Shown here piece by piece: positions 11,900 through 24,469 of a stretch of 64,000 nt of DNA. Origin of the DNA: Iphione sp. A-MEVVRFRX5. Taxonomy: Eukaryota. The first letter of the stretch is position 1. Each line of letters begins with the position of its first letter. The notes under the pieces are model-generated. The model saw only the letters and a program-made list of their open reading frames with translations. It had not been told where the DNA came from and did not search any database. The DNA lies in NCBI GenBank assembly GCA_976226885.1, contig OZ320314.1, positions 35,588,001 through 35,652,000 of the forward strand, given 5' to 3'. A program made the position numbers and the translations under genes.

Positions 11900-14720
11900 G
11901 GTTATTCAGAAAAACCTATGGGTGGTCTAGTAGGGGATCAACAAACTGATTCCCGCTTAACCGAAGATATCTCCACTCAAATGAAGCCATCTAAACCGCT
12001 CCTTCCAAACTCATCTCCTTCCAAACCCGTCCCCCTGCACCGAACATATCCGCCCCTTAAACAGACATCCTGCCGCATTGAAACAATCTCCTCTCAACTC
12101 AATTCATCCCTCCTTAACCGAAGAGACACCTCTTAATGGACACTGAATCCTTTTTACTTTTCAACAAATCCGTAACTGAAATCCTCCCTTGCTAACCAGA
12201 TCCATCTTTCATTGGCTAAATATGCACGCTTGTTTATTGAACCCTTCATGTTTGTGAACTAAACCCCTTTAGCATTATCCCTGCCTTGTTAACCAAACAT
12301 CTCTCTGTATTAACTGAACATGCTCTCCCACTATCTAAACCCATGCCCAACTATCTGGACACATCCCATAATTACTACATTCCCTCTTTATTCACAAACT
12401 CTCATTACCTGAGCATGTCCTCTCATCATTTTAACAAGCTGCCTCATTATGCTAACATATTTTCTGATCATGCAAACATATTCTTCCATTATTCTTCCAT
12501 TATTCCTCCATTATCCGACACTTTGAGTATCACAAACACAACCTACGAGCCAGTCCTTTTTAAAGACGGCATTTAGATGTGTTTGCATAAGGGAAATGTA
12601 ATTTCGAAGACTGTTCAAAAGGCTCATTGCAAAAAATGATTTTAAAAAACGAGAAAACCGATATCCTACATGGAAGCTCAAAATGAAGGTGTGATGCTTT
12701 TTGGATAATTTAACTAAAGATTTTCTGATGACTCAGCTTGGTAGTATAATTCGAAAATTGAGAACTTTTTCTACATCTTTGGCGGTTTTAAGGAACTTCA
12801 TCACCATAGCAAAATACGACCATCATTACTTGGGAAACTATCTCAGTAGAGCCATTTATTTAAAACATGAGGTACAATTCCAAATGGCAATAAGGTCTAA
12901 TATTGGCGTTTCTGTGTTTACTGAGGATCTTGTGTTTATGGCGAGGAATCATTGGTGGTCGGGGGCTACTCTTGGGTGACTCATTCCTTGCATTATTTAC
13001 ACAGTTAGTCGCCACTTCCCCATCGCTCTTTATAATGGCACCAGCATTGCTAGTTCTCTGACAGTTTCTACACGTATCATGGCTGGACACATCAGTTACA
13101 GCCGTAGTCTAGGGTACGAAATTACGGAAAATTAAAGTGAATATTAAGCACGTGAATTCTGCATTTCATATGAGTGAAACATGAACAAAAATGGACTGAC
13201 GCGATTTGAATCCGTCTGTGTCATCTTCTACCAATTTAAACCATGAAAGTTGCGTATTGCCGGTTCTATAATTTGCTACCAGGCCGCTTTGAACATCGTA
13301 TACAGTAGGGTTAAAATTCGTTTACCCTTTTACCCTTTACCCTTACAACTTTTAGTATGTGGAATTTATCTTTTTCTCATGGATTTCATGACTAAAACAG
13401 CTTCACTCCAGGGTTAGCGCGTCTGCGATTGTCATTCTCTGCAGTGGGCCCTATTTATTCAAGTTACGGACTTTGAGTTCGAGCAATCCACTTGGATGAC
13501 CTGATGACCCTGCCACTGCTGCGTCTGGGCGGTCCGTCGTATCTGCGGGTCCTGAGACACTACCTCACTGCACAAATAAAACAATTACAGATTGCAGTGA
13601 CGCCACCTCTCAATAAATATACCGAACAGCATGTTTCAGGAGACCCAGGCTTAATTATCTATTCATTGGAATCTTGTGTAGAGAGAAGAGAGTTTTGTCC
13701 CTCCTGCCTCCATCGGGACCAACCTATTTCAGGGCGCTTATGGTGATGGAGTGGCGGACACGAATGAGTGTTAGCAGGCGTTCACGTCCAAGCAGAATTA
13801 CATCTTGATTTACACGCCCTCGGGATAGTCTCGGCTTTACGGCCGATGTAAATATTTTCGTAGGCACAGCATGCTTATTGCCCATTGTGCCTTATTGATG
13901 TACAAAAAGGCACCGCCTGACCGCCCGTAATTTCCAACCCTGACATACATTGGGCCATACTTTCTTAGAATCATTTACTACTATCTCGTTATATCCTAAC
14001 AATTGTTGGACGTAGTCATGAAAATGATTGTCCTGGCTAGTTTACTGGGGGGGGGGACGAATATCCCACCAACTCTTGTTGAAAAACTAATTGACAATTT
14101 CAATCCTCGCCACGGGTTATTGTCATGGCGAGTGAAACGATACCACTCCCCAAAGAACTATGTATTACAGCCACCGGATATTATGACACCCCTTAGAGAT
14201 AACATTCAACCCCTACCATTTCATTCATACGAGCATGACCTATCTTTCATTGCATACCCCGCCGGCTCATGGTTTTAGCTCGGCACGGTCAATCCCTGAT
14301 TCCAATTTCCCCACGTGCCACATCGGCGGTCTATCATACCCTCTCGATCAGGTGGATTAAAATAAGCGGCATCGTTTCATTAGTTTGGAGAGTAAGCTCA
14401 CCCTACCGGTGGGTAATTTGTATCACGTCCATGTACACCTTTACCGTGTGGAAACAGTCAATGGATGGTCTCCAGACTTCATATGGGTCTCTTAATTAGG
14501 TGGGTAGATTGTACCGGGAGCTCAGGATTGGTGTATTCAAAACAGCCCGTTACGCTCACTACACCAGCCTTACGGTTGTATTCTTCGTTATCACTGACCA
14601 GGCAATTTCCATAGCTGATATGAATCTTAATGTGTTGTGCATGATGTCCCTTCTCCCCTGTGTAGTGTTTGAACAGCATTGTCTAGGGAAACATCCATGT
14701 GTGAATTATTCAAGTTAAAA
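11900..14720 (+). pseudogene. Decayed multi-ORF island of unassigned mobile element (possibly DIRS/Ngaro-like)
   Basis: Long + strand frames broken by few stops: about 12600-13135 (2 internal stops), 13492-13746, 14003-14278 and 14269-14718 (1 internal stop). C-rich leader at 11950-12560. Identity not established. Confidence 0.3.
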
Positions 14721-17502
14721 AACGTGATTTGGTTTTTGGCTAGAAAAACATGAGGGGTCTTATAGGTTGTATGAATAGCTGCGGCTTTTTTTTCACTATG
14801 ATCGCATGATCACAATGAACGAAGTACATTTGGATCCATCAATAACCAAATCTTAGTCCTGATAGCAACTCACTCGGCTCGCTGCGACCCAACTGGGGGC
14901 CAAAAATACCGATCAGAAATATCGCAGTTAGAAAAGAAGGAAAGCATTGATTGAGTTGAGACATGACAAAGATCGTTTAGATAAAGGGCTTTTCGCCCTC
15001 TTATCTGCAGTACTCATCAACGAGAAAGATTATTTAAATCATCATTACAGAGTCTTCGCGTTATCATTCAGTTTTTTTCATCTTCTCGAGGAAATTACTT
15101 CAATAATTAAAGGCACAAAAACGCTTCTCTAATGACTGCTACTACGGTATGGGGCTTACTGTTTTCTCTTTGTGCTCTCGAATGAGACCAAAACATAAAT
15201 CTTTGATATTTGTTGCCCGTAGAGGAAACGATTATCCACAATTCCTTGCTCCATGAATAAGGATACATATAAAACGGACGAGCAGGACATTGTAACGTAG
15301 GATAAAAAAGAGACGAATCGATAAGAACAATGCCAGACAGGATTTTCATTGCTCGCTTGAGGTCCTTTTGATGACTACCACTGATGCATCGTTTGGAATT
15401 GGTCGATTATCTTATCTTTTCCATCATTCTCTTCACGAATACAGCCTATAGATAAGTGTTCCGACGATCACATCACAATAGAAGCCACATTCGACTGAAT
15501 AGCTCGGTGTTCAATGTAGGCACAACCTGTCGCGTGAGACGAGAGGAAGACAATATCATTTTCTTTCCGTGGGCTGAACACACCATATTTGCAAATGCAT
15601 GTACATGCGCGGTTTCACTTTAGAGGTGAAACAAATTCATACAACGTCCGTATCGAAATCTATCAGTAGCATATTGAACCCCTGGAGAATGCTAGGATAA
15701 TATTTTTATGCCTAAATGAACTGACTGTAAATGGCACGCTTGAATTGACACCACCCCATACTGCGCAAGTTAAACTCATCAATAATATTACTGCAAAATG
15801 GAATGGGACTCATGAGCTACACTTTGATGCAAAGTGGACTTAATCCCAAATATTCACCTATCAAATGTATATATATATATATTGGTCTACTCATGTACAG
15901 CAGCGGTTTAAGATAACAAACCTTAGACCATAATTGCAAGACTATCCTTTGTTAGGCGTCATCTGGAAAAGGGAAAAGGTAACATTGGTAAAAAGGTGCT
16001 CCGTAAAGGATAAGACGGTATGAATGCATGAGACCAAGCAATACTTCTAAATATTCCATCCGATTAGCATCATAACTTTATCGTTGTATATATCGTTGAG
16101 ATTTATATTTGCAAAGTTAAGATAATGACCAACCCATAGTAAGAATATCCTTGGGGAAAGAATCAGGGTAAATAAAATCGTTAAAAAGTTAGCCCTCTCA
16201 ATATATGCTACAGAACAAGTCAGAATGATCTAATTTTTGTTCGGCTGAGACCGAGCTTATGTAAGAATAGTATACGAGTGTTAAGCGGGACCAAAGACCT
16301 TTTAGTTGGACCTGACCAATTCATGCGTCGAGCAGGCGACCTGTCCGATTTCTATCGAACAGCGCCGGAGGAAGACGTACTGACACCCATTAGGCGACTG
16401 ATAAGTAGGTCTTACATGATGCTTGACCTTGGGAGCAAACATTCAATGAGAGTACAAAAATAGAAGGAGCGTTTGAAGTTCTGTGACTGACGTTCTCATC
16501 ATGCTTTGTCTCTTTTGAGTTCTTGGTTCATCAGCCGCACAGGTCGGCGAGTCGCTTCTCCCGTTGTTTTGAAAATGACCATTTATTATTAACGCGCCGA
16601 ACGTGCTAACAGTCATTCATCAGCTGCGGTGGCCTTCGAGGCAATGAAGCCAAAGTGAGCAGACGGGAGCAGCTGGAATGAAAGTTTCATTAAACCGCTC
16701 AGATCGACGCTCCCGAGTGGATCAAAGATGGTGAAATAAAACTGTGCCTTTCAAAGCGAGATGCGCGCGCACCAGGCGACCCTTTTAATGACAATATACA
16801 AAACCGGGGCGTCGGTCACGTGCAGCACGAGAATACCTTGTAGGAACCCAAGATGTGCAAATGAACTGCTTACTTCTCATTCGACCGATTAAACATTTCT
16901 GTGGCGGAGGGCTTTTCTATAATGTGATTAAAAAAGCGCTAAAGGTCAGTTGGTGTCGCCCGTATCTCTTCATGTTCTTCCAAACAATCAATGGCGATAT
17001 AACTGATGTCTATGTGCCTTCTTCATTTAAGTTGGAGGAGATGTTTGGCTTGATATCTAAACATATTCTTAGAAAAAATGCTAATGTGAAAACTTTATTT
17101 CAGATAATCTATTGATACATAAATAATCGTGGGAAGTCTCTTTTTGATACGTCGGTGATGGATCAATCATGCATCAGGGATTATTTACCGAAGATAATTT
17201 GCGGGACAAATGCCACTTCCTTTTAAGGAATCATTGTACGCAAATAAATCTTTGATAATTACAAGGCAAGCGCTGTCTGGCTCAAATGAAAATATGCCCG
17301 CGAAACAAGTTAAAAACAGTCCCCTTAGCAGACAACATTATCGAGCAGGACAATGAACCATTGGACGAAATACGCCACATCCCATTACTGCCATTTTTCA
17401 GATGCAAACATGAACGGTGGCTCCACCACAGGAGAAAACAGATACAGCGCAAAGCTGCATGTGCATATTAGAATTTGAAATCGCCATCTTCGCAAACAGC
17501 TA

Positions 17503-18900
17503 TTAAAGGGCCAGTGTGCTCAGTAGCATGTAAAGGATATGATGATAGAAGGTTTTGTTCTACCTAAAGCAAATGTTGTGGCATTAGTAATAAAACCAAC
17601 GATGCATTTATTTCGAGAACGCCTTAACTCTTTCCTGGCCACCATAAATAGGGTTTTCAGTAGATAGAGCTATCATACAAGTTATGATTTAATACTACTA
17701 GCCTTGTGGTGATGTTTGCTATATCATTCTATATATGAAACTAAACAATTTGAAATGGAGCTTCTCCTGTGATAGTACCATTTCATTTCATTGGTTACCA
17801 TGGTAACACCGCACAGTTGAATATTGGGTGTTATCGAGTAAAATTTGTAAAAAATTGCATAAATTTGCATAATTTCCAATAAAAGAACAATAAATATTTA
17901 CTTTAGAGAAAAATACCTAATTACAAAAATGTTCAGGAAGTGTTTTGCTACATTTTCATGTATTCATTGTTTATATGTGTGAAGGTAGTCATGTTTTATG
18001 AATATCTGTGATGTCATATGTTTGATGCCAAAATGGCTCATTTTTGACATCACTGACATCATTGATGTAAGAGTAAAGAATGTTGATATGTTGCCATGGC
18101 AACAGAACATAGAATTAATTCAAAACTAGTTTGGTTTGCATCTTTATGAAGTAAGATAAATATTTTATGAAAAGGTTTGGTATAAAAATATGCCTTTCTG
18201 GTATTGATGGTTTTCATTTTCATCACACAAATTATCATAATATGCAGATTCTAACAGAAACCATAAGCCATAAGTTGTTATCAGGATGACTTGGGGTTCC
18301 ATACTAACTATATGTTTTCCTTTAAGTATAAATGATGGAAACCTTTCAAAAATGTTTATTAGGAAAGGAAATTATATATTCTTAATTACAGATTGAGACA
18401 TTCTGATAAACTAATGAAGACTTATATTTAATAGGACACAGTTAACGGGTTATAATGTATGCTTTCTCTAGGTAAATTGACATGAAAAAAAACTGATTGA
18501 AATCCCAATTGGTCATGTGACCTGTTTCCATGGAAACAATAATTTCATGAATATGTCAGTAGAAATAAGAAGCAGGAGACTAGGTGACCACATTTCAATA
18601 AATGAAGCACAGACTTATTTAAAAGTCACATTTGTAGAAAGACAAGAAAACCATCATCCATATGTGGATGATATAGCATTGGTCGGCCAGGAAAGGGTTA
18701 ATACCCCTTGGAATACCCCCTCGCCACATACACTTACAAAAACAAATTGCCAGTCTTCAAAGGCAACACACAGTACCAAAATTGTGCTAGGCTTCAGATG
18801 AAACTGGGAGCCTTCCAATGAATTATCAGGTAGATAATACGATACGGACAAACAAAAAAGTCATAATTGTCTGCAAATATCAATTTTTTTTCAGACGGTC
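17503..18900. repeat. AT-rich interspersed repeat with three palindromic X-box motifs; right end uncertain
   Basis: Starts TTAA|AGGG. Palindromes at 17794-17807, 18090-18103 and 18524-18537. Related to 10327-11150. Confidence 0.5.
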
Positions 18901-19535
18901 TTGAAAGGAGAGGTAATATCTATATGAAAGCTTGACCGCACAAGTTTTTCCACAGGACCCAACCCGACAAAATACAGTGTTGCCAACAGAGACAGATAGT
19001 AAAACTTGTCTGATACCGCATTCCCATTAATACTGCAGTTCTTAAAAAAACTTAGAGCGCCTCACAAACTATAATTGCTAGTGTTCTTAGAAATGTTGAA
19101 GTCCTAAAATATCAATAGCTCATGTCTTATATATACATTATGCATTTTTCTAATGCATATTTATTATATGCACATAATGAGATACTAGATTCTTAATAAC
19201 TGCTCATAAAAGTTCAATTCTCCTCGGTCTCTCTGATCCAATGCAAAACGTTATGACTCATTGGCTATAACTACGAAGGTGTTATTGTCTCTTATGCACT
19301 GCCTAAATAACTGATGGCATGTTTAAGATGATTCATTATTGTTTTCTTGTAGGCTACCAAAGTAACGTATAATTTTGTTACTTGTAAGTGTCAGCAAATA
19401 CACCATTATATTGCTTGTGTTATGATATAAAAATCATATCAATTAAAACATACTTGGAATCACACTCAAACGTAACAGATGGCATATGCGTACGCCGCCG
19501 GAATATGGCACTCCATTGAAAAGTGATTCTCAACA

Positions 19536-20900
19536 AAGATTGAAGATTGGTTTTTATTGACTTCTTGGTATTACAGCAAAGAGATCTTCCAGTCAGTGGT
19601 AGAATATGATACAATACAAACATAGAAATGCATGCGGGGTGTATATGAGTATTAAGAAGAATAAACAATTAACTTAGACACAGGATTCAGATATCAAACT
19701 TTGAGCTTGGGGTTAAGATCATTCCATTCAGGAACACCTTGGTACCAGAGAGACCTTTTGTTCACTGCAGTACTTGGCTTTTTCTTTTGAGCTCTTGTTC
19801 GAACACTACGTCTTGTATTTTTGATAGATTTATGTAGCAAGAAAATGTCTATTAGATGTAGCCTATGCATTAGTATAATCAGCTGTGACTCACCCCTTGT
19901 CTCAGGGAAAGTGTGGATTGTTCGGTTCAATTTATGGTCAGAACACCCACCCCTGCTTTCAGAAGACAATTAATTACAAGGTTATGATTAATGATATTAA
20001 TTGCATTTGTCAAGTCTAAAAAGTCAAGTCATCTGTAGCATGGTAGATGTCTCTTAGGACAAATTGACACAGCCGTGGCCGTACTTTTCTGCTGCCTGAA
20101 GCCATGCTGTTCAGGGCAAAAGAAATTCGTGTTCTCAAGATGCTCCACCAACTGGTTATGCACCATTTTGTCCACCAGCTTACTAATCAGTGGCAGCATG
20201 GCTACGGGGCAGTAGTTCCTTTTGCCACTACGGTCTCCTTTTTAAAGTAATGTGTTATACAGGCAGATTTCTAGGTGTCAAGAGAGAGTAAGGACTGATT
20301 AACAATACAGCATTTGAGGTGAAGACAAATCAATAGAGCATCTTTGAGAATTCTACATGGAATATTATCAAAACCACATGGTTTGTGGACATCAGGGACT
20401 TCTTCATCTGTCAACCAATCTTTACCCTCACATAGATTAACACAACCCCTAGAATTACAGGTATCCCTTGTTAGTACCAATGATTTTAAACCTTGCCAGT
20501 ATTGGCCAGGGGACTTGCATTCACCTAGTACACAAGCAACATGTTATTTCTTTCCCTTTTAACCAATTTTACATCTTATTTCTAAAGAAACAGGATATTC
20601 TAAAGTCATCCATTTCCCTGGTTTGTTTAAGCTGATTTATGTAATAATTCCTATTCAGGATGGCTTCCGAACTTCTTCAGTTAACCAGTCATTTCCTCCG
20701 TTTATTACGATCTTCCTAATTGGACACAATGGTCGAATCCTTCCTCAATTTCCCCATGAAAGTGTGACCACTTTTCAGTAAATGATTGTATCTAAGATCC
20801 TTTTTGGCACTCTCTAGTCTTTCCTCCAGGTCTAGGTAACTGTTATTCCTCCAGGAACTTCCCATAACTCTAGTCTTTCTACGTTGTTCCCTCTCCTTTT
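19536..20900 (-). pseudogene. Decayed, internally deleted L2/CR1-group LINE
   Basis: Minus-strand motifs CPIRKIVINGGNDWLTEEVRK, KPCGFDNIPCRILKD, NYCPVAMLPLISKL, EQHGFRQQKST and the C-terminal RSLWYQGVPEWNDL. The YADD region is absent. 3' end is AATAAAAAC followed by (CAATCTT)2. Confidence 0.8.
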
Positions 20901-21132
20901 TACTGCATATAAAGACTGGGAAATGAATGGAAATGAAGATAATGGATAAGCATAAGCTTACTATCAGAGAGAAACAAATTCTCTCGAGGATAGTTCATGA
21001 AAAACAATTGAAACGTGGTTAAATAAAATGTAACATATTAATCGGATGATAATAACATCCTAGAATGTATAATACGCGTGTAAATATTATACACTATAAC
21101 CTTCATTCAAGGGGTCCCGCTTCTGCTCCGCA

Positions 21133-21555
21133 ATGCATGCGTATAGTTACGAGAAAGCCATGCAGAATAAGCAGGAGCGACTGGGCGCAAATATTAAGAA
21201 GTGTACTAGCGCCACAAAGGCAGAACGGTTAAGTGAGAAGATTGTTGAAACAAAACTTTGGAGAAATTCCTGTGTTGATGTGATGCGGCTGATATTAATT
21301 GCCAAATTTCAGCAGGACACAAGGGCCCTGAATGAACTACTAGCGACCGGTGACCATACCCTGATTGTCTCTTCATCTGACGACTTCTGGGGTACAGGCA
21401 TATCACCTTCATCCCCGCATTCAGAAGAGGACGGGCTAACAGCTACCGGTTTGAATCAATACGGCAAACTCCTGACGTGCCTGCGACGAGACCTGTCGTG
21501 GGGGAATCCAGCAAAGACGAGGAGAGCAGCCAGACCTGAGGGCATCGACTTCTAG
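21133..21555 (+). CDS. NADAR (YbiA-like) domain protein, N-terminally incomplete
   Basis: The frame is open from 21100 and reads FKGSRFCSAMHAYSYEKA...W...VMRLILIAKFQQD...LLATGDHTLIVSSSDDFWGTG...GLNQYGKLLTCLR. This matches the NADAR pattern F.G..F.S.EH.Y...KA / W....M......KF.Q / LL.TG / D..WG.G / G.N.LG..L. The N-terminal LSNF motif is missing. Confidence 0.85.
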   Translation: MHAYSYEKAMQNKQERLGANIKKCTSATKAERLSEKIVETKLWRNSCVDVMRLILIAKFQQDTRALNELLATGDHTLIVSSSDDFWGTGISPSSPHSEEDGLTATGLNQYGKLLTCLRRDLSWGNPAKTRRAARPEGIDF

Positions 21556-21611
21556 GCTACGGGCGCAGTGGTAGTACCTACGCTGACTGTGATAGCCGGG
21601 CACACCGCCAA

Positions 21612-22301
21612 ATGGCCAACGCAGGTGATGGGATGACAGACATTATCATAGTTGCCAGCAGTCATGGTGGGACAATTCTTAATGATCTTTTGTCGCTGCA
21701 CTGTTTTAGAGTGACAACTGCGGTTTATCCAGGTAAGGGTATCGAATACTTAGTCAAGAAATCCATTGATCACTGTAAATCTGGCAGATATAGGTACCTG
21801 ATAATCATTCCTGGAGCCAATGACATCACCAGAATATACCATTTCAAAAGAGGGTCACGTCATAAGAGTTATGTTTGCCCTAAATTTGACACATGGGATG
21901 AGGGAGTCAGCGCTCTGAGGGAGTTGTATGAACGTCAGAGCCTTTTGCTACGTGAAGGCCTAGCACATGCTGGTACTTTAGTTACATTCAGCACTGTCTT
22001 TGGTATGTCGTACTCTGATTATAACAAACATAGGTGCCATTTCACTGCCAATACGATTAGCAGTTTTGTGTTACAAGATATTATTAACCACTGTGTTATG
22101 GCCTTGAATGACATTATTCGCAATATTAATCAACTAAACTGTAGACCGACCTTGTACCTAGCTAGCCTAGTCCATACGTGGGATAAACAGCAAGTCAAAC
22201 ATAAGTATAATCGCCTACTGGATGGGTGTCACTTAAAGCCTCACTATAGCCTCAAAATGGCAGTACTGATCCGTGATTTTGTTGAGAAATTCTGTTGGTA
22301 A
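21612..22301 (+). CDS. SGNH/GDSL-type esterase (LINE ORF1-type), 229 aa
   Basis: Block I IIIVASSH, block II YPGKG, block III IIPGAND and block V LLDGCHL occur in order with typical spacing. Esterase ORF1s are known in CR1/L2 LINEs. Confidence 0.85.
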   Translation: MANAGDGMTDIIIVASSHGGTILNDLLSLHCFRVTTAVYPGKGIEYLVKKSIDHCKSGRYRYLIIIPGANDITRIYHFKRGSRHKSYVCPKFDTWDEGVSALRELYERQSLLLREGLAHAGTLVTFSTVFGMSYSDYNKHRCHFTANTISSFVLQDIINHCVMALNDIIRNINQLNCRPTLYLASLVHTWDKQQVKHKYNRLLDGCHLKPHYSLKMAVLIRDFVEKFCW

Positions 22302-22440
22302 CTGGTCGTGCCTATACGGTGTCACAGGGGTCAAATTAAGATTAGTCATTGTTCCTAGTCGTTAAGTTATTGCGTTGTGTTTATGCTTGATGACTAGATT
22401 TGCCAGCCACAAGCTCACCTATCCCCCCTAAGCAAGCTGA

Positions 22441-23165
22441 TGATCGGCCCGATAATCGGCTGAGGATGATAGGCTTGCCGCTGTCAGACCGGTTATGGAC
22501 CGATAACCAGTATCATCTATGTAACTGATCTTCCCTGTTTAACAGTTTCTTTTATATTTAAAAATTATGAAGGCACTCTTAAATAAAGAGAAGAAATGAA
22601 AAATGTGCTTTCTTTCATTGTTTCATATTATCGGCTGATCATCAGCAAAGGATGATTGGCTTGCCATCATTAGACCGATTAAGGACCGACAATTAGTATT
22701 ATTACATGACTGATATTTCTAGTTTATCAGTTTTTTTTATGTCAGAAAATTATGAAGGCACCCTTAAATAAAGAGCAGAAATGAAAAATGAGTTTTCTTT
22801 CATTTTTCCCTACGATCGGCTGACTATCGGCTAGGGATGATTGGTTTGCCATCATCAGACCGATTAAGGACCGACAATTAGTATCATTACATGACTACTA
22901 TTTCTAATTTATCAGTTTTTTTATGTCAGAAAATTATGAGGGCACCCTTAAATAAAGAGTAGAAATGAATAATTTATTTTTATTGTTTCTTATGATCTGC
23001 TGAACATTGCCAGGGGATGATTGGCTTGCCGTTATCAGACCAATTTGGGACCGACAATCACTATCATTATACATCCTTGATCAAACTTCCCTGTATATTG
23101 GTTTCTTTTATTTTGGAAAATTATGAAGGCACCCTTGAAAAAAAGTGTAGAAATGAATAATCTTT
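22441..23165. repeat. Four tandem ~185-bp subterminal units
   Basis: The anchor AATTATGA.GGCAC occurs at 22563, 22748, 22932 and 23119. Confidence 0.9.
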
Positions 23166-23356
23166 TTTTCAGTAGCTGAATGGTATTAAAACAGGGTGGG
23201 TGTAGAACTGTAATCAATACTTACACTTTACATTTTCATATACACTTTATACTACATTGTCATAGCAACATATATTTTATATCTGCAAAATGCTGAAAGC
23301 CTACTCTATTCAAATATGGCCCTGGTTTGGCTTTATCTATAGTTTAAATGCTTGTA

Positions 23357-24210
23357 AACTATGTGTCTGTATCATAAATAGCCTGGCCACAACAAATAAA
23401 AATGTATCACATCACAAAAACTGCAAATCACCTCACATGATTGACAAGAACTTAAAAAATTACTGGTGAACACATGAAGATTGTGAGAGAAATATGTATT
23501 CAATTTACACATATGATGTGTAAACTATGTGACTGTATCATGAAAAGCCTAGCCATGACGAATGAAAATGTATCACTGCAAATCTGAAAACCTCAAATCA
23601 GCTGTACATGACTGAGAGTAACTTAAAAAGTTACTAGTGAACACATGAAAATTCTGAGAGAAATATTTATCCGATTTACATATATGAGCTATCATATGAA
23701 AGGGAATTTTCAGGGCTTTCTGAATATGTAAACCATATGTCTGTATCATAAAAAGCCTAGCCGTGACGAATGAAAATGTATCATGTCAGGAAAACCACAA
23801 ATCGGCCATACACTATCAACAGTAACCCTAAAAATTACTCATGAACACATTAAGATTCTGAAAGAAATAATTGTGTGATTTACACATATGAGCTATCATA
23901 TGAAAGGAAATTTCAAGGGCTTTCCGAATGTGTAAACCATATGTCTGTATCATGAACAGCCTAGCTGTGACGAATGAAAACGTATCATGTCGGGAAAACC
24001 TCAAATAGGCCATACACAATCAACAGTAACTTCAAAAATACTCATAAACACATTAAGATTCTGAGAGAAATAATTGTGTGATTTACACATATGAGCTATC
24101 ATGTGAAAGGGAATTTCAAGGGCTTTCAGAATATGTAACCTATGTGTCTGTATCGTAAATAGCCTGGCCGCAACAAACAAAAACGTATCTTGTCGGAAAA
24201 ACCGCTTTCT
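23357..24210. repeat. About 4.5 tandem units of 165-209 bp
   Basis: The anchor AAC..(A/G)TGTCTGTATC.T.AA.AGCCT.GC recurs near 23357, 23522, 23731, 23935 and 24137. Confidence 0.85.
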
Positions 24211-24306
24211 CTCTAAACTAGTCGAGCTGGGGTTATATCTAGGTCATCTATAGCTTCACATCGCCGTTTTGGCGGGAAAAGTAGCGTGGGTAGCTGTCAC
24301 AGACAC

Positions 24307-24317
24307 AAAATGGCGGC
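24307..24317 (+). promoter_or_regulatory. YY1-like motif AAAATGGCGGC, putative internal promoter/5' exon of the DNA transposon gene
   Basis: Exact motif in a CpG-containing patch, followed by the donor-like ATT|GTAAGT at 24443. Confidence 0.3.
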
Positions 24318-24469
24318 GAACAAAATGTAAACAATGCGTCATGACTGTTTTTTCACCTGAATCACTGACTAGGAGAGCTCAGGAAGGCGCTGATGGAAGT
24401 GTACAACAAGAACTGTGTGTGCTGCAGACGTGGGATGCAATTGTAAGTTAATTAATTGTGATTTTCGCC

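Noticed and set aside
22441-24210. Regularly spaced repeats as a possible CRISPR array
   Set aside because: The units are whole 165-209-bp tandem monomers with no unique spacers, the context is eukaryotic, and there are no cas genes.
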